Assembly (NCBI GenBank): GCA_977017575.1
Contig: CDRNVI010000044.1
Location: 1-64,000 of the forward strand
DNA from: Paramoeba atlantica
Lineage: Eukaryota; Protista; Discosea
Direction of reading: 5' to 3'
DNA: 64,000 nucleotides
A program made the translations under genes and the position numbers. Position 1 is the first letter of the stretch; every line of letters starts with the position of its first letter. Below are positions 62,093 to 64,000 of this stretch, piece by piece. The notes beneath the pieces are model-generated. The model was not told the origin of the DNA and did no database searches. It saw only the letters and a list, made by a program, of their open reading frames with translations.

Positions 62093-64000
62093 TTTTTTTT
62101 TTTTTTTTTTTTTTTTTTCTGCAATTAATAAGGGGGGAGAAGTATGAATCGCGGCATTGCCTCTATAATTTGACCCAGTAGACGAACCAAGTACATAGTA
62201 GGTCCATTAGGGGGGTATATGAATTTAAAACAAGCAATCAAATTAGCAATTCTTTTCATTTCCACAGAAGTATATTTTCTTGAATTTTTTTGTTTTTTCT
62301 CAGCCCAAAACTAGCAATTTAATCTTCCCTAAGTATATACTACAAACAAGAAACAGTAAAAACTAAAACAAGCAATCCACGCCCAATCCATTCGCGCGTT
62401 CCGGACCGGGTCTTTCGACCTCTCCACGGCCTGACTTGTGAACCCTTCCCTTGCTATATGGGAGGGCGCAGGCGCGGGCCTGTGTCGACAGCGACACGGT
62501 CGCGAAACAGGATGCTGGTCGACGGGGAGGAGATTCACTTCCCGTGTACTACCTCACTTGGGGTACCTAGCCCTCGCGGGCCAGGCGTGAGCATAGACTC
62601 TGTCGACTCGACCAACATCCAGGCCAGAAGTTTTCCTTACTCTTCTTTGCCATACCCCACAAGTGCAGGGCCTGTGTTCGCCGAGGGGAGGCGAAGAACG
62701 AGCATACGCGCCTGGGAGCGCATGAGGGTGACGTTCAGACTTGTTAGTATTTGCTGTAACGCCCCCCCTTGCGAAAGTGTTCCACCTGAGGTCGCAGCTT
62801 GGCCTTTCGAGACTTCCCGCAAGATCGACATAGCGGCCGGACTCCAGCATCCGTATGTTTCGACAGCCATAGCTGTGAACTTGATCTTCGCTTCTTCAGC
62901 TTCCTTCCGTTGCTTCCGCTTGTGTTCGACGGCGTACCTCTCGGCGAATGACCCGGCTGCCACCATGTTAGCATCACGGACCAGGTCCGTATACTTTTGT
63001 TGCTGAACATGTGTGACAGCGAAATCAAGGACGAGGGCCTGACCGAGACCACCGTTCCGGACATAGACATCTGCGGGTCGCGTGAGGGCGCCGCCCGGAC
63101 CCCTGTTTCCCAGAGAGACTTCTCTCTGTGGGCTCAACCCGGCCTTGCTGCATTCAGCGGAGAACTGTTCCGCTAGGGCGTTGTGCCTTGTAATGATTCC
63201 GTGGCCGCACTTGCAGGCTAGCGCATGGTCCCCCCCAGGGCCGAGTGGGAGGCGACAATTCGGAATCGGGCAGTTGTGACCTTGAGGGTATATACTCTCC
63301 CCGAGCCACCAACGAATCAGAGTCCGAAATTCAGTAGGGGTGTAGGCATGACCGCAGAGAGTCGAGGGAACCGTGAAGGCCCAGTTGGATGCCCCGTCGC
63401 CCGTTTGTGAGAGCCACCTAGCCCGAGTGCGGGGATCCGCTCTTGCGTAATCTTCCTCAAAGTCTCTCGCTGAAATCGCATGACTGAGATCGCGTTGTCG
63501 AGGAATCGCCAAATCTTGAGAAAGGTCAATATCGGGGGAGGGCGAGAAGGGGCATCTCTTTATGACGGAGTCCTTGTGGATTTTCCCGGTAGATTTGTCC
63601 ACCATACACCCCCCTACACGCCGGTTAATGTCCTCCACGGCGTAAGAAAAGCCCTCAGCCTCATTTGCATCCCATCGATCCTTGTCGGAAGCGAAAGCTA
63701 CTGAAGCTACGTACGCTGAGGTGGCATGCATTTCCGCTGAGCGAAGGCCGAGACCGCCGAACTGTTTATTTCTTTGTGCTTGTCGTCGAGCCATGTCACT
63801 CAGTGGGCGACAAAACGTTTCAACCGTACGCTGAACGGCGTTGTCGAGTCTGCGACATAAGTCCAGTAGTTCGTCCGTCGGCGTCGTGCGAAGGGAGTAA
63901 ACCATCTGGCAAAACCCTGTGCACTGTCGGATGAGAGAGAAAGCGACCTGAGGGTCCTCCAGTTTCTCGATCGCTTCAAGGGATTCCTCCGCCTGGGAAA
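62093..64000 (-). mobile_element. Family A CRE-like element A7, 3' part (continues beyond the window)
   Basis: RLE ORF, 3'UTR core at 62388-62620, type-1 tail and poly(A) at ~62093-62118. Confidence 0.92.
62637..63998 (-). CDS. C-terminal part of the family A7 polyprotein (thumb, CCHC, RLE); open to the window end
   Basis: The frame continues upstream of 63905 (EDPQVAFSLIRQCTGFCQMVYSLR); CPIPNC..H..AC, RHN, RPAD..VLDF. Confidence 0.92.
   Translation of the reverse strand, partial: SQAEESLEAIEKLEDPQVAFSLIRQCTGFCQMVYSLRTTPTDELLDLCRRLDNAVQRTVETFCRPLSDMARRQAQRNKQFGGLGLRSAEMHATSAYVASVAFASDKDRWDANEAEGFSYAVEDINRRVGGCMVDKSTGKIHKDSVIKRCPFSPSPDIDLSQDLAIPRQRDLSHAISARDFEEDYARADPRTRARWLSQTGDGASNWAFTVPSTLCGHAYTPTEFRTLIRWWLGESIYPQGHNCPIPNCRLPLGPGGDHALACKCGHGIITRHNALAEQFSAECSKAGLSPQREVSLGNRGPGGALTRPADVYVRNGGLGQALVLDFAVTHVQQQKYTDLVRDANMVAAGSFAERYAVEHKRKQRKEAEEAKIKFTAMAVETYGCWSPAAMSILREVSKGQAATSGGTLSQGGALQQILTSLNVTLMRSQARMLVLRLPSANTGPALVGYGKEE

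Noticed and set aside
3068-62620. Shared 3' blocks interpreted as LTRs
   Set aside because: They occur only at 3' ends, finish in poly(A), lack TG..CA ends, PBS and PPT, and the RT is of the non-LTR RLE type.

Overview
The first ~1.6 kb is bacterial: the 5' end of glmS and a 5'-truncated polA, both on the minus strand. It is fused abruptly to ~62 kb of eukaryotic, almost purely retrotransposon-derived DNA. A recurring 38-nt sequence, AACTTTAACGATAAAGATACAGTTTCTGTACCTTGTTG, carries the euglenozoan spliced-leader (SL) core ACAGTTTCTGTAC, which points to a kinetoplastid- or diplonemid-like host. The eukaryotic part is a mixed-orientation chain of units that start with an SL exon (never followed by a GT donor) and end in poly(A), so it reads like concatenated mRNA copies. 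There are two families of CRE/SLACS-type non-LTR elements (RT plus restriction-like endonuclease). Family A has at least 7 divergent members. Every copy with an intact 5' end has an N-terminal segment resembling the Ataxin-2/Pbp1 LsmAD domain, and all share a near-identical ~230-nt structured 3'UTR core with covariation. Family B sits in a 5.37-kb tandem array of five copies carrying passenger fragments. Fragments of RTE-like/RNase H and HERO-like elements, an SL-led unit with 72-bp hairpin repeats, and many stuttered junctions lie in between. I saw no rRNA, tRNA, intact SL RNA gene or CRISPR array. Assembly or amplification chimerism cannot be excluded from the sequence alone.
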